Made by a program: the position numbers and the translations under genes | Shown here: one piece after another, positions 1 to 10,593 of the stretch | Numbering within the stretch: the first letter of the stretch is position 1 | How the letters are laid out: each line of letters starts with the position of its first letter | Assembly: GCA_965212055.1 (NCBI GenBank) | Contig: OZ243041.1 | Location: 416,001-480,000 of the forward strand | DNA: 64,000 bases | Direction: 5' to 3' | DNA from: Fidelibacterota bacterium | Lineage (GTDB): Bacteria; Fidelibacterota; Marinisomatia; Marinisomatales; Marinisomataceae | Notes under the pieces: model-generated | What the model saw: only the letters and a program-made list of their open reading frames with translations | Told to the model about the DNA's origin: nothing | The model's database searches: none

Positions 1-1
1 T

Positions 2-766
2 CAACCAAAAACTTTCTTAAATATTTCGATAGGTCAACCAGTTATTTTTCCAGATGAAAAATGGGATATAGAATTAAGACAGAGAAATTTCCAAATTATG
101 GAATCTCTGTTATTAAAATCATTAGAAGAAAAAGCAGAAATTATAGTATGGCCCGAAGTATCTGTTCCATCATATTTAGCAACAAACATTAATGATAGAT
201 TATTCTTCCAAGAGAGACTAATGGAGAATGATTCTTTTCTTATTCTTGGAATCCCAGAGAGAAAATTTATTGATGGACAACATTTTAGCTATAACAGTGT
301 TATGGTTATGTATCCAAATGGTGATTTTTCTACTTATCAAAAGTTATTTTTGGTTCCATTTGCTGAATATGTACCATTTTTTAAATCATGGTTGACAAAA
401 ATTAATCAATTTGATGATATGGGAAGTTTTACACCTGGTAGTGAATATAAAGTATTTCCTATAAAAGATTATAAAATTGCAACCCTAATTTGTTACGACT
501 CTAGCAATCCAAAGATTGTAAAGACTATGGTTCAAAATGGTGCAGATATTCTATTTATTGTTACAAATGATTCCTATGTTGGTGAATTTATGCCTTATCA
601 GCACTTTGAGTTGGCAAAGTTGAGAGCTATTGAACAAAGAATTCCTGTAGTACAAAGCGCAAATAATGGAATATCAGGCATAATTTTGCCATCTGGAAAA
701 GTGATTTACAAATCAGATTTAAATGAGAGAGTTGTACATACAGAGAAAATTCCAATTTATGAGTAG
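2..766 (+). CDS. lnt: Apolipoprotein N-acyltransferase, 5' part outside window
   Basis: Frame open from base 2; nitrilase-fold motifs VWPE, YQKLFLVPFAEYVP, ICYD, TND, RAIEQR, SANNGIS. Confidence 0.93.
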   Translation, partial: QPKTFLNISIGQPVIFPDEKWDIELRQRNFQIMESLLLKSLEEKAEIIVWPEVSVPSYLATNINDRLFFQERLMENDSFLILGIPERKFIDGQHFSYNSVMVMYPNGDFSTYQKLFLVPFAEYVPFFKSWLTKINQFDDMGSFTPGSEYKVFPIKDYKIATLICYDSSNPKIVKTMVQNGADILFIVTNDSYVGEFMPYQHFELAKLRAIEQRIPVVQSANNGISGIILPSGKVIYKSDLNERVVHTEKIPIYE

Positions 767-1493
767 ATATAAAATTACTATTCAATATGATGGTTCTAAT
801 TTTTTTGGTTTTCAATCTCAAAAAGATTCTAATACCATTCAGAATAAGATTGAAAAATCATTATCATTTCTTAACGATAATAAACCAATCAATATAGTTG
901 GGGCAAGTCGAACTGATTCTGGAGTCCATGCGTTGGATCAAATAGCTCATTTTGATCTTAAAACTTCTTTAGATAATAATGATATTAAGAATGCCATGAA
1001 TGCTCGACTACCACATGAGATACGTATTGCTGAAGTTGAGAGTGTATCAGATAAATTTCATTCTAGATATAATGCCAAGAAAAAAGAATACATCTATCAG
1101 TGTACATTGGATAACAATCCATTGTTAAAATCTAATTATTGGTTTGTTAAAAATATTGATTTAGATATTCTTAATCATACTTCAGAAAAACTATGTGGTA
1201 ATCATAATTTTTTGTCTTTTTCGAAGTTTAATCCAGAAAAAGAAAATACAATGTGTGAAATTTTTGTATCAAAATGGATTTTAGAAAATAAAAAGTTATT
1301 ATATATTACTGAAGGAAATAGATTTTTACATCATATGGTTAGATATTTGGTGGGTACCATGATAGCTTGTAGTCAGAAAAAGATTAATAGTGATGATTTT
1401 ACAAATTTGTTAGAGAATCCTATTAAAGATGCAAAAATCTTTAAAGCACCAGCTAATGGATTAATATTGAATAAAATTTATTATGAAAATTAA
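759..1493 (+). CDS. truA: tRNA pseudouridine(38-40) synthase
   Basis: YDGSNFFGFQ, ASRTDSGVHA, RFLHHMVRYLVG, APANGL; ATG 759 overlaps lnt end. Confidence 0.95.
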   Translation: MSRYKITIQYDGSNFFGFQSQKDSNTIQNKIEKSLSFLNDNKPINIVGASRTDSGVHALDQIAHFDLKTSLDNNDIKNAMNARLPHEIRIAEVESVSDKFHSRYNAKKKEYIYQCTLDNNPLLKSNYWFVKNIDLDILNHTSEKLCGNHNFLSFSKFNPEKENTMCEIFVSKWILENKKLLYITEGNRFLHHMVRYLVGTMIACSQKKINSDDFTNLLENPIKDAKIFKAPANGLILNKIYYEN

Positions 1494-2478
1494 AATATTA
1501 TTTATAATGGTTTTTCTAATTATTTGTTGTAATAGCGCAACGAATGAAAATGTTGATATCCAAAATGAAATTTATAAATCAAAGGATACAGCTGTTACTA
1601 GAGCAATAAGTAAAGCTAGCCCATCAGTTGTAAGTTTATATGTTGTTAAAGATGTAAGAAATTTTTGGGGTTATTCTACACGACCTAGCAGTGGCTCAGG
1701 CTTTATTATCAGTCAAGATGGATATATTCTAACCAATGCTCATAATGTTATAAATATACAAAAAAATTCTATTATTGTTGTATTACCTGGTGGAGCGCAA
1801 TATAATGCAGTATTGGTAGGTCTTGATCAACAGTCCGATGTTGCTTTATTAAAGATTGATGGAAACAATTTTTTATATTCTAAAATTGGTGATTCTGATA
1901 ATTTGTTAGTTGGAGAATTCGTAGTGGCTTTAGGTAATCCTCGTAAGCTATTTGCTGCAGCCAATAATCAACCAATAGCTTCTTTGGGGATTGTAAGTGC
2001 TGTCGATGCAGATTTTGGTCTCCAATCTAATGGTAAAGTTCTTGATAATATGATACAAACAGATGCTTCATTAAATCCAGGGAATAGTGGAGGACCTTTG
2101 GTTGATGCTAACGGATATGTAGTTGGGATTAATACATTTGTCCAGAATGATTCTGAAAATCTTGGTTTTTCTATTCCAATCAATTATGCAATGGAAATTG
2201 CAGAAGAAATTAAAGTTACAGGATTCATCAATAGAAGAGCTATGACAGGATTATATTTTTACTCAAATATGGTGATTTCAACTATAGATCGTAACGCAGC
2301 CGATAACCAAGAACTAAGAATTAACGATAAAGTTATAGCAGTGAATGATATACAGGTTCTAAGTCTGAACGATATTCACAATGTGCTCAAAAGAAATGAT
2401 GTTAGGCCAGGAGATACTATTAAGTTTAAAATTTTAAGGGATGGAGAAATAAAAATAGTTAACTTAGTAACCCGATAA
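1483..2478 (+). CDS. HtrA/DegP-family serine protease with single PDZ domain, exported or lipoprotein
   Basis: GSGFII, LTNAHV, DVALLKI, IQTDASLNPGNSGGPL; hydrophobic N-terminus ending in CC. Confidence 0.9.
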   Translation: MKIKILFIMVFLIICCNSATNENVDIQNEIYKSKDTAVTRAISKASPSVVSLYVVKDVRNFWGYSTRPSSGSGFIISQDGYILTNAHNVINIQKNSIIVVLPGGAQYNAVLVGLDQQSDVALLKIDGNNFLYSKIGDSDNLLVGEFVVALGNPRKLFAAANNQPIASLGIVSAVDADFGLQSNGKVLDNMIQTDASLNPGNSGGPLVDANGYVVGINTFVQNDSENLGFSIPINYAMEIAEEIKVTGFINRRAMTGLYFYSNMVISTIDRNAADNQELRINDKVIAVNDIQVLSLNDIHNVLKRNDVRPGDTIKFKILRDGEIKIVNLVTR

Positions 2479-2765
2479 TGGCTAAAAGAGATTTCAAATT
2501 ATTAATGCTTGGGCTCCTATTTGGTGCAATGATTGGTACACTCTTAGGACAAGTTTTGACATTTTTATTACCTGATGGTAGCGCTGTTAAAGCATTCTTT
2601 TTAACTTCCTTTTTTGAATTTCCTTTTGCTTGGATGGATGGGAACGGAACTAAAGTATTAGATTTGGGTATGTTTGCAATAAATTTTGGTCTTGTTTTAA
2701 GGTTTAATGTTTGTAGTATTATTGGTTTTTCTATTGCATATTATTTGTTAAAATACTTTAGGTAA
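2478..2765 (+). CDS. Small membrane protein, DUF4321-like
   Basis: Hydrophobic 95 aa ORF, LDLGMFAINFGL..FNVCSIIG pattern; TAATG coupling to htrA. Confidence 0.6.
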   Translation: MAKRDFKLLMLGLLFGAMIGTLLGQVLTFLLPDGSAVKAFFLTSFFEFPFAWMDGNGTKVLDLGMFAINFGLVLRFNVCSIIGFSIAYYLLKYFR

Positions 2766-2783
2766 ATATAAAGGAGAATTTTT

Positions 2784-2960
2784 ATGGGTAATATAGGTCC
2801 ATGGCAATTAGTATTAATATTTCTTCTTGCATTGCTTCTCTTCGGAGGTAAGAGATTACCTGGTTTAGCAAGAGGTTTTGCTAAAGCACTAAGGGAATTT
2901 CGTGGTGCAATAGATGAAACCAAGGAAGAAATAGAAAAGTCTGAAAATTCTGAAGAATAA
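2784..2960 (+). CDS. tatA: Twin-arginine translocase TatA/E (58 aa, absent from ORF track)
   Basis: Manual translation MGNIGPWQLVLIFLLALLLFGGKRLPGLARGFAKALREFRGA...; AAGGAG SD at 2771-2776. Confidence 0.93.
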   Translation: MGNIGPWQLVLIFLLALLLFGGKRLPGLARGFAKALREFRGAIDETKEEIEKSENSEE

Positions 2961-2966
2961 TTATAG

Positions 2967-4325
2967 ATGTCTTCATCTAACTCTTTAAAGAAGAAATTTT
3001 CTTCTGAAAAGAAGAAAATTGCTGCTAGCAATACTAATTCTGTAGTAAGAACAAGGTTTGACAAAGTTTTATCTCAAAAATTTTCTTCTGATGGTTCTCT
3101 CTATGGAAAAAGCATCCTAATAAAAGATAATATCGCAATTAAAGATGAAGAATTAACATGTGCATCAAATTTATTAAAATCTTATAAATCTCCTTATAAT
3201 GCAACAGTTATAGATCGTTTAAATGATGCTAGTGCTGCGATTACTGGACAAACCAATATGGATGAATTTGCAATGGGATCATCATCCGAGTATTCATTGT
3301 ATGGTTCTGTCAAGAATCCGTATGATTTAAAAAGGGTTGCAGGAGGTTCAAGCGGTGGATCAGCTGCAGCTGTATCAGAAGGCCTCTGTGATATTGCTTT
3401 AGGGTCTGATACAGGCGGTTCGGTAAGACAACCGGCCGCATTTTGTGGTATTTATGGTTTAAAACCAACATATGGTAGAGTTTCAAGATATGGTTTGGTT
3501 GCTCATGCATCATCATTTGATACAATAGGTATATTGTCAAAGAATATCAGTGATATGGTCGATGTTTTTAGCGTTATAGCCGGTTTTGATTCAAAAGATG
3601 CTACGTCATCAAAAGAAAAAGTTTTAAATAAGAAATATTACCATCAACATGGTCTTCCTAAAAATGTAGGTATATTAAAAAGAGAAGTTTTATCCGATAT
3701 AGATAATGAAATTGTTAAGAATTATGACATTATTCTAGATTTTCTCAGAAAAAATAAGGTAAATCTTGTTGAAATTGAATTACCATATTTTGAATACTGT
3801 ATTGCTACATATTATATATTAACAATGGCTGAAGCATCTTCAAATTTGTCTCGATTTGATGGTATAAGATATGGTTCTAGAGAAAAAGCTAGTAATTTGG
3901 ATACAACATATACTCAATCACGATCAAAAGGGTTTGGTCCTGAAGTCAAAAGAAGGATAATTACTGGAACCTACATTTTGTCATCTGGGTACTATGATGC
4001 ATATTATTCTAAGGCCTTAAAAGTAAGAAGGCTAATCAAAGAGGAATACAATAAATTATTTTCAAAACTTGATTGTATGTTTATTCCAACCACTGCTTCT
4101 CCATCTTTTCATCTAAAAGCTAACTTAGATGATCCAATGAAAATGTATCTTTCTGATATGTTTACTGTTCCAGTTAGTTTAATTGGTTCTCCAGCTTTAA
4201 ATATTCCTGGAGGAGAGACAAAGAAAAATTTGCCCATCGGATTTCAAATTGTTGGAGATTCTTTTAAAGAGGAAACTTTGTTTCGTTTTGCGCATTCATT
4301 AGAGAGAGCAAAGCTGTTTGAATAA
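2967..4325 (+). CDS. gatA: Asp/Glu-tRNA amidotransferase subunit A
   Basis: IKDNI, TNMDEFAMGSS, GGSSGGSAAAV, GSDTGGSVRQPA, SSNLSRFDGIRYG, GFGPEVKRRI. Confidence 0.95.
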   Translation: MSSSNSLKKKFSSEKKKIAASNTNSVVRTRFDKVLSQKFSSDGSLYGKSILIKDNIAIKDEELTCASNLLKSYKSPYNATVIDRLNDASAAITGQTNMDEFAMGSSSEYSLYGSVKNPYDLKRVAGGSSGGSAAAVSEGLCDIALGSDTGGSVRQPAAFCGIYGLKPTYGRVSRYGLVAHASSFDTIGILSKNISDMVDVFSVIAGFDSKDATSSKEKVLNKKYYHQHGLPKNVGILKREVLSDIDNEIVKNYDIILDFLRKNKVNLVEIELPYFEYCIATYYILTMAEASSNLSRFDGIRYGSREKASNLDTTYTQSRSKGFGPEVKRRIITGTYILSSGYYDAYYSKALKVRRLIKEEYNKLFSKLDCMFIPTTASPSFHLKANLDDPMKMYLSDMFTVPVSLIGSPALNIPGGETKKNLPIGFQIVGDSFKEETLFRFAHSLERAKLFE

Positions 4326-4330
4326 TAGAG

Positions 4331-5299
4331 ATGGAATTTTTAAATCCGAACTTTTTATACTTACTAGTTCTACTAGTATTTCTAGTGCTATCTAGAATAG
4401 TATTTTTTTCTAAGAGAAATGCCTCACTACAAGTTTCCAATACAGAAAATCTAAAATTATTTTTTAATAAAGGAGCTTCCTTAAAAATTTTTGTATTAAA
4501 TAGTTTATTTTTTATTGCCCTATCACTCTTAATTATTGCTTTGGCGCGACCAAGAATATCTAGTGCTGACAAATTAGTTACAGTAGATGTGGTAGATATT
4601 ATTTTGGTTCTAGATACAAGTAGTAGTATGTTGGCAGAAGATTTCAAACCGAATCGACTAGAAGCTGTAAAACAAGCAGCTCAGGATTTTATTAAGAATA
4701 GAAATGGAGATAGAATCGGTCTTCTTGTATTTGGGAAAGAAACATTCATACAATGTCCATTAACTATTGATTATAGTGTCTTAAATAATTTGTTGACCGA
4801 AGTGACAGTTATTGAACGAAAGTATGATGGTACAGCAATCGGAATAGCTATTGCAAATGCAATTAATAGGTTACGTGCTAACGATTCTAAAAGTAAAGTA
4901 ATAATACTGTTATCAGATGGTAGCAATAATTCTGGTGCAATAGATCCAATATCAGCTGCTAAAATGGCAAACGAATATAATATTAGAATTTATACCATTG
5001 GTGCAGGGACAAGACAGGCTGTTACCTATATTCCTGATCGAGGGTATATTAGAAATGAAATCGATGAAGATACACTTAAGAAAATTGCTGTAGAAACGGG
5101 TGGAAAATATTTTAGAGCAATTGATAAAGAAAGTTTGTCAGATGTTTATCAAGAGATTAATGATCTTGAAAAATCTGAGATTACAGTGGACTACTTTGTT
5201 CAATATAGAGAAGTCTATTTGTATTTCCTGTGTATTGGGTTTGTAATATTATTGTTTTATGAGTTGCTAAGTATAATTTATTTTAGAAGAATAATATGA
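4331..5299 (+). CDS. batA: BatA, vWA domain membrane protein
   Basis: IIALARP, MIDAS DTSSSM, PNRLEAVK, DRIGL, GTAIG, LLSDG, YTIGAG. Confidence 0.88.
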   Translation: MEFLNPNFLYLLVLLVFLVLSRIVFFSKRNASLQVSNTENLKLFFNKGASLKIFVLNSLFFIALSLLIIALARPRISSADKLVTVDVVDIILVLDTSSSMLAEDFKPNRLEAVKQAAQDFIKNRNGDRIGLLVFGKETFIQCPLTIDYSVLNNLLTEVTVIERKYDGTAIGIAIANAINRLRANDSKSKVIILLSDGSNNSGAIDPISAAKMANEYNIRIYTIGAGTRQAVTYIPDRGYIRNEIDEDTLKKIAVETGGKYFRAIDKESLSDVYQEINDLEKSEITVDYFVQYREVYLYFLCIGFVILLFYELLSIIYFRRII

Positions 5300-6297
5300 T
5301 TTTTGAGAACATAACTTTGTCATTGGTGTTATTATTGCTTGTTTTGATTTTATTGGTTTTTCGTTTCTATACTAATAAATCAAATTCAATTTTTGGTGAG
5401 AATAATTTCAATCCTGAATTTGCGAAAGATCTTTTTGCTTATGGTAATTTTCAATTTATTAGATTTAAAAAGATACTAATCTATCTATCATTGTTTGTAT
5501 TGGTATTGTCAATTGCTGGGCTAAAAACAGGCACTACAGTCAAACAGATTGAAAGAAAAGGTATTGATATTATGTTCTGTGTAGATGTGTCTAGAAGCAT
5601 GGATGCTGAAGATATCAAACCATCACGAATTAATAAAGTAAAGTTTGAGATCAATAAGGTTATTAATCAATTATCGGGAGACAGACTAGGAATTGTAGTT
5701 TTTTCTGGATCAAACTTTCTTTATCTACCATTAACCATGGATTACGATGCAGCAAAATTATTTGTTAAGAGCATTGATACCAACATGATTTCTTCAAAAG
5801 GAACTGCTATTGCTCAAGCATTAGAGACCTCTGTTTCTTCATTTTCTGAAGAAGATAAGCAAGAAAAAATGGTATTTCTTTTCTCTGATGGAGAGGACCA
5901 TAGCAATGATTCGCTTAGTATGATAGAATCTAATTTACCTGACGATGTGAGAATCCATGTAATTGGAGTTGGGAGCACTAAAGGTTCATTAATACCTGTA
6001 ATTACAGAAAAAGAAAATGTATTTCTAAAAGATAGTTCAGGTAATCTTGTAATGACAAAATTGAATGAAGACTTTTTAATGAAAGTGTCAGAAATCGGTA
6101 AAGGATCTTTTTTAAGGATTTCAAACAATGAATCTATAAGTGATCCTATAGTCAATATTATCAGTACTGGAGAAGAATCATTAATTAATTCATATGAATT
6201 TTCTGATTATGATTATAAGTATCAATATACTCTGTTTTTTGCCATTCTTTTTCTTTTTGTTAGTTATATTTTACCAACAGGAAACAGAAGAGTATGA
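5296..6297 (+). CDS. batB: BatB, vWA domain membrane protein
   Basis: DVSRSMDAEDIKPSR, DRLGIVVF, PLTMDY, SDGEDH; follows batA. Confidence 0.85.
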   Translation: MIFENITLSLVLLLLVLILLVFRFYTNKSNSIFGENNFNPEFAKDLFAYGNFQFIRFKKILIYLSLFVLVLSIAGLKTGTTVKQIERKGIDIMFCVDVSRSMDAEDIKPSRINKVKFEINKVINQLSGDRLGIVVFSGSNFLYLPLTMDYDAAKLFVKSIDTNMISSKGTAIAQALETSVSSFSEEDKQEKMVFLFSDGEDHSNDSLSMIESNLPDDVRIHVIGVGSTKGSLIPVITEKENVFLKDSSGNLVMTKLNEDFLMKVSEIGKGSFLRISNNESISDPIVNIISTGEESLINSYEFSDYDYKYQYTLFFAILFLFVSYILPTGNRRV

Positions 6298-7010
6298 AGA
6301 TATTATTTATATTAACAATTCTTTCAACTTGTTTAATATCTCAAGATGTCGGTTATAAGTTGTATAAAGATGGGGAGATTGAATCTGCATTAGAATATTA
6401 TCAAGCATTGATTCAATTAGGTGATGATGATATCTCCCGGGAGGATATTCTATATAATATAGGGACTATTTATTCCAATATGGATAGTATTTCAGAAGCA
6501 GGTTCAATTTTTCAACAAGCTTATCATGATTCATTAGATTTTTCATCTGACTTAAGTTATAACTATGGAAATGTATTGTACAGGGGCGAACAACTAGATA
6601 AAAGCCTAGAGGCCTATAAAAATACATTGCTAAGAAATCCTAACGACTCTGATGCAAGAAAAAATTATGAATTCGTGAAAAATAAGATTAAAAAAAATAA
6701 AAATATGGAAAAACAACAAGATCAAAATCAAGATTCTAAAGAGAATGAGGAAGACAAAAGCGATAATAATAACAATTCTGACCAAAACAAAAATCAAAAC
6801 GAAAACGAAAAAGATAAAGAAAATAATTCAGAGAATAATAATAATGAAGATCCTCAAAATGAATCTCCTCAAGTTGGAAATAATCAAAATAAACAAATGC
6901 AATCAAATCAAAGTGCTGAAAATATCTTGAATGCACTCAAAGAAAATGAAAAAGTAAATAAAAAAAGAAAAGAAAAGAATTATTCTCAAGAATCAAATAA
7001 GGATTGGTAA
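6294..7010 (+). CDS. batC: BatC-like TPR protein with N/Q/D/E-rich linker
   Basis: TPR YNYGNVLY..AYKNTLLRNPND.DARKNYE, low-complexity linker, C-terminal KDW. Confidence 0.8.
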   Translation: MKILFILTILSTCLISQDVGYKLYKDGEIESALEYYQALIQLGDDDISREDILYNIGTIYSNMDSISEAGSIFQQAYHDSLDFSSDLSYNYGNVLYRGEQLDKSLEAYKNTLLRNPNDSDARKNYEFVKNKIKKNKNMEKQQDQNQDSKENEEDKSDNNNNSDQNKNQNENEKDKENNSENNNNEDPQNESPQVGNNQNKQMQSNQSAENILNALKENEKVNKKRKEKNYSQESNKDW

Positions 7011-8710
7011 TGAAAAAACTACTATCACTTTTCTTATTTTTTTCTTTTTTGCTATGTCAGAATATTGAAACAATCGTTAGTAATAAAAATGTCAGTCTCA
7101 ATGAATCTTTAGATTTTATTATTAAATTAGAAAATATTGATACTAATCCAGAAGTCAATTTTGCGCCAATGTTAGATTATTTTTCTATTATTTCAGGTCC
7201 AAATATTGGTAGTGAGTATAAATTTATTAATGGAAAAAAATCTAGTTCTCGATCAATATCATGGAGAATTATTCCAAAAAAAACAGGTAAGATAAAAATA
7301 CCAAATCTAGAGGTTAAGGTTGGTAAGAAGATATATTTAACAGAAGATATTACAATTAGCGTTTCCGAACAAATATCTAATGCAAATACTAATGATATGT
7401 TCTTAAAAGTAGAACTCAGTAATTCAAATGTAAAGATTGGTGAACAAATAACTATTAAATATATTTTTTTTACTAGAATGGCTTCAAGGGTTATAGAAAC
7501 AGAATTTCCAGAGTTCGAAGGTTTTTGGGTGGAGAAACTCTATGATCCTTCTGGTACTCAAATAGATCCTGATAGCTGGGATGATGTAGTTATTGATAAT
7601 TACAAATACAAATCTCTTAAGTTGTATGAAGTTGCTTTATTTCCATTATCTGATGGAGTATTTGACTTGGAACCAATGATAATGAAAGTAGAGACAAAGG
7701 AAAAAGATCCTTCATTTAAGAGATTATTTTGGGATGATCCTTTTTTTGATACATTTTCGCAAAAAACTAAAGCAAGAATTCTTGTCTCAGATAAAAAAAC
7801 AATTAAAGTAGAGAATCTTAAGAATCAGCCCGATAATTTTACTGGAGCTGTAGGTGTTTTTGAAATTAATTCATCGCTATCTTCTTTAAACGTGGAGAAT
7901 GGAACCCCAGTTACATTTTATCTAGAATTAGCAGGAGAGGGTAATTTAGACAATATTGGAAGACCTGAAATAGACTTTCCAGATAATTTTGATATATTTG
8001 AAGGAGAGATTAAAAAAGATAGAAATATATCTGATCGAGTTTCAGGATCAATTATATGGGAATATAATTTAATACCAAGAAAATCAGGGAATTATACTAT
8101 TAAGTCTGTCGAATTTCCTTTCTTTCATACAGGTATAAATTCATGGAAGAAGATTAAAACAAATCCAATTAAATTTAGTGTTATTAAGACTCTTGATACG
8201 GAATACAATAAAACAAATGGAAATTTTTCTTCGAGTCAAGAAATCAGATATATTAAGTTAAATATGCCTAGTTGGAAGAAAGAAAATTCTGACAAATTTT
8301 ATATTGGATATATCTCAATCTTGCTTCTTTCATTAATGTTATTTTTGTCACCATTTTTTAGTTCAAAGTTTTCTTCTTTTATTGATATTCAATCGGTCAA
8401 ATTCAAGAGTAGATCTGCACTTTCAAATTCTATCAACGTATTATCTTCTTCTAAAGATGTCTATAGCGATTGTTTACATGTTATTAATCAGTTTTTCTTT
8501 GATAAAGCTCTGATTGATTCAGTTAATGTTGATTATTTAGCTTTGAAAAAACAACTGAAAGACAAAATTAAATCGAAAGATTTAGTTATGTTAAAAGAAA
8601 TTTTAGACCAATGTAATAAATACAATTATACAGAATTATCTGGTAAGAAGAACAATAAGATAAAAAACAAGACTATTAAACTATTAAGTGAGATTAATGA
8701 ATATGTTTAA
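7010..8710 (+). CDS. batD: BatD family protein
   Basis: Signal peptide, FTGAVGVF, GEGNL, LIPRKSG; position in bat cluster; TAATG overlap with batC. Confidence 0.82.
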   Translation: MKKLLSLFLFFSFLLCQNIETIVSNKNVSLNESLDFIIKLENIDTNPEVNFAPMLDYFSIISGPNIGSEYKFINGKKSSSRSISWRIIPKKTGKIKIPNLEVKVGKKIYLTEDITISVSEQISNANTNDMFLKVELSNSNVKIGEQITIKYIFFTRMASRVIETEFPEFEGFWVEKLYDPSGTQIDPDSWDDVVIDNYKYKSLKLYEVALFPLSDGVFDLEPMIMKVETKEKDPSFKRLFWDDPFFDTFSQKTKARILVSDKKTIKVENLKNQPDNFTGAVGVFEINSSLSSLNVENGTPVTFYLELAGEGNLDNIGRPEIDFPDNFDIFEGEIKKDRNISDRVSGSIIWEYNLIPRKSGNYTIKSVEFPFFHTGINSWKKIKTNPIKFSVIKTLDTEYNKTNGNFSSSQEIRYIKLNMPSWKKENSDKFYIGYISILLLSLMLFLSPFFSSKFSSFIDIQSVKFKSRSALSNSINVLSSSKDVYSDCLHVINQFFFDKALIDSVNVDYLALKKQLKDKIKSKDLVMLKEILDQCNKYNYTELSGKKNNKIKNKTIKLLSEINEYV

Positions 8711-9443
8711 AAAAATAAAAATTATTTTATTTACTAGTTCTTTATTGTTTTGTCAAAACCCTGATTCGCTTTTTGTTGAAGGAAATAATTATTATAACAA
8801 CAAAGATTTTTCTAATGCTATTAAGAGTTACGAAGATATTATCGATCAAGGATTATATCATGCAGATTTATACTTTAATCTCGGTAATTCATATTATAAT
8901 CTCGAAGATTATGGTAATGCTCGATGGTCTTACGAAATGGCATTCAATTTATCACCTAGAAATAGCGATATTATATACAATCTAGATCTTACGAAAAGAA
9001 AGATAGCAAACCTTATTGAGCCTCCAGAATCTTCAATTCTACACTTGATTAATATCTTTTTTAATAGTTTTACTTATAATAATTTTATTTTTTTTACATC
9101 TATTTCGATTTTCTTATCATCAATATTTTTTCTATTCTCCAGGATTAGACCTATTCCATTGAATAGATTAATATACTATATCTTTTTATCTTTATTCTTT
9201 GTGGGTCTTATAATATCAATTAACAAATTTTTTTGGCTTAAAAATAATCAGTTTGCAATTATTATATCAGAAAGTGCTGATGTTTATTCTGCGCCGTATG
9301 CTAATGAAAACATAAAAACTTTCACTCTTTTTTCAGGCAATAAAACTAATGTTGTTCAAAGTACTGACAAATGGATTGAGATTTCTGTTCTTGACGGAAG
9401 AAAAGGTTGGATTAAAATTAAAGATGTGAGAACTTTAGACTAA
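8703..9443 (+). CDS. batE: BatE-like TPR + SH3b protein
   Basis: GNNYY..YFNLGNSYY TPR, two TM segments, C-terminal WIEI..DGRKGWI. Confidence 0.82.
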   Translation: MFKKIKIILFTSSLLFCQNPDSLFVEGNNYYNNKDFSNAIKSYEDIIDQGLYHADLYFNLGNSYYNLEDYGNARWSYEMAFNLSPRNSDIIYNLDLTKRKIANLIEPPESSILHLINIFFNSFTYNNFIFFTSISIFLSSIFFLFSRIRPIPLNRLIYYIFLSLFFVGLIISINKFFWLKNNQFAIIISESADVYSAPYANENIKTFTLFSGNKTNVVQSTDKWIEISVLDGRKGWIKIKDVRTLD

Positions 9444-9445
9444 TT

Positions 9446-9865
9446 ATGAGAAGAATAATTATTCTATTATTATTAAGTACGATTTATGGTCAAGTTGATT
9501 CTGATTTTATTTCTCCAGGAGATTTTGTTGATAGAAAACCAACATTGCCTGAGGTAGTGCTCCCTAATTTTGTTGAAGATAAAGATGTTGATTATTCTGA
9601 TACGCTAAATACTGGGAATTTAGTCAAAGGATATCGAATTCAAGTTATAATTTCAGAAAATCAAGAAGATTTGGTTTTAGCAAAGAAAAAGCTTGAGAGT
9701 GTTATTAAAGAAAAAATTTATATCCAATTCGAATTACCAAATTATAAATTGAGAATCGGGAATTTTTCCAGTAGAAAAAAAGCTGAATTATATCGTGCTA
9801 AAATTGTCCGATTAGGATATAGGTCTTCATGGGTTATACCTACTTTAATTGAGTTGGACTCTTAG
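9446..9865 (+). CDS. SPOR domain protein
   Basis: Signal peptide; GYRIQV...PNYKLRIGNF.SR..A. Confidence 0.75.
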   Translation: MRRIIILLLLSTIYGQVDSDFISPGDFVDRKPTLPEVVLPNFVEDKDVDYSDTLNTGNLVKGYRIQVIISENQEDLVLAKKKLESVIKEKIYIQFELPNYKLRIGNFSSRKKAELYRAKIVRLGYRSSWVIPTLIELDS

Positions 9866-10593
9866 TGTCTGGACACAGTAAATGGTCAACAATCAAGAGA
9901 AAGAAAGGCGCTCTTGATCAAAAAAGGGGAAAATTATTTTCATCTATGGGTAGAGAAATTACTATTTCAGCTAGATTATTTGGAAGTGATGTTGATACAA
10001 ATGCAAGATTAAGGCAAGCAATTAAGAAAGCAAAATCAATAAATATGCCAAATGCGAATATTGATAAAGCGATTAAAAAAGGTACTGGAGAACTAGAGAA
10101 TATCGTTTATGAAGAAGTCTCATATGAAGGTTATGGTCCAAGTGGCGTGGCAATTTTTATTGAGACAATTACCGATAATAAAAATAGGACTGTAGCAGAA
10201 ATAAGACATGCTTTATCTAAATTTGGAGGGTCTTTAGGACAAAATGGAAGTGTGGCATGGAATTTTGAAAAAATAGGTATTGTTTTAATAGAAGATTCTA
10301 ACATGACAGAAGAAGAAGCATTAAATTTATCTATTAAAGTGGACGCAGTAGATTTCAAGTTAGAAGACAAATATTTTAAAATATTTTTTAATCATGATAT
10401 GCTTTATGAAAAAATTGAATTAATTGAAAAAAATAGTTTGGAAATTGACTCTTCTTTTATTGAATTATTGCCAAAAAATTTTGTTGAAGTATCAGAAGAG
10501 AATTTTTTAACAATTAATAAACTTATTGATTCTTTGGAAGATTTAGAAGATATCCAAAATGTTTATTCGAATTATAGAGTAGAGAAAAATTAA
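9865..10593 (+). CDS. yebC: YebC/PmpR family protein (GTG start)
   Basis: SGHSKWSTIKRKKG, YEGYGPSG, TDNKNRT, DIQNVYSN. Confidence 0.95.
   Translation: MSGHSKWSTIKRKKGALDQKRGKLFSSMGREITISARLFGSDVDTNARLRQAIKKAKSINMPNANIDKAIKKGTGELENIVYEEVSYEGYGPSGVAIFIETITDNKNRTVAEIRHALSKFGGSLGQNGSVAWNFEKIGIVLIEDSNMTEEEALNLSIKVDAVDFKLEDKYFKIFFNHDMLYEKIELIEKNSLEIDSSFIELLPKNFVEVSEENFLTINKLIDSLEDLEDIQNVYSNYRVEKN

Noticed and set aside
2741..3064. 107 aa minus-strand ORF
   Set aside because: Antisense shadow of tatA and gatA; tatA has the SD and family motifs
6690..6960. N/Q/D/E-rich quasi-repeats and overlapping ORFs 6736-6936 and 6745-6930
   Set aside because: Ordinary low-complexity BatC linker, not an array or separate genes
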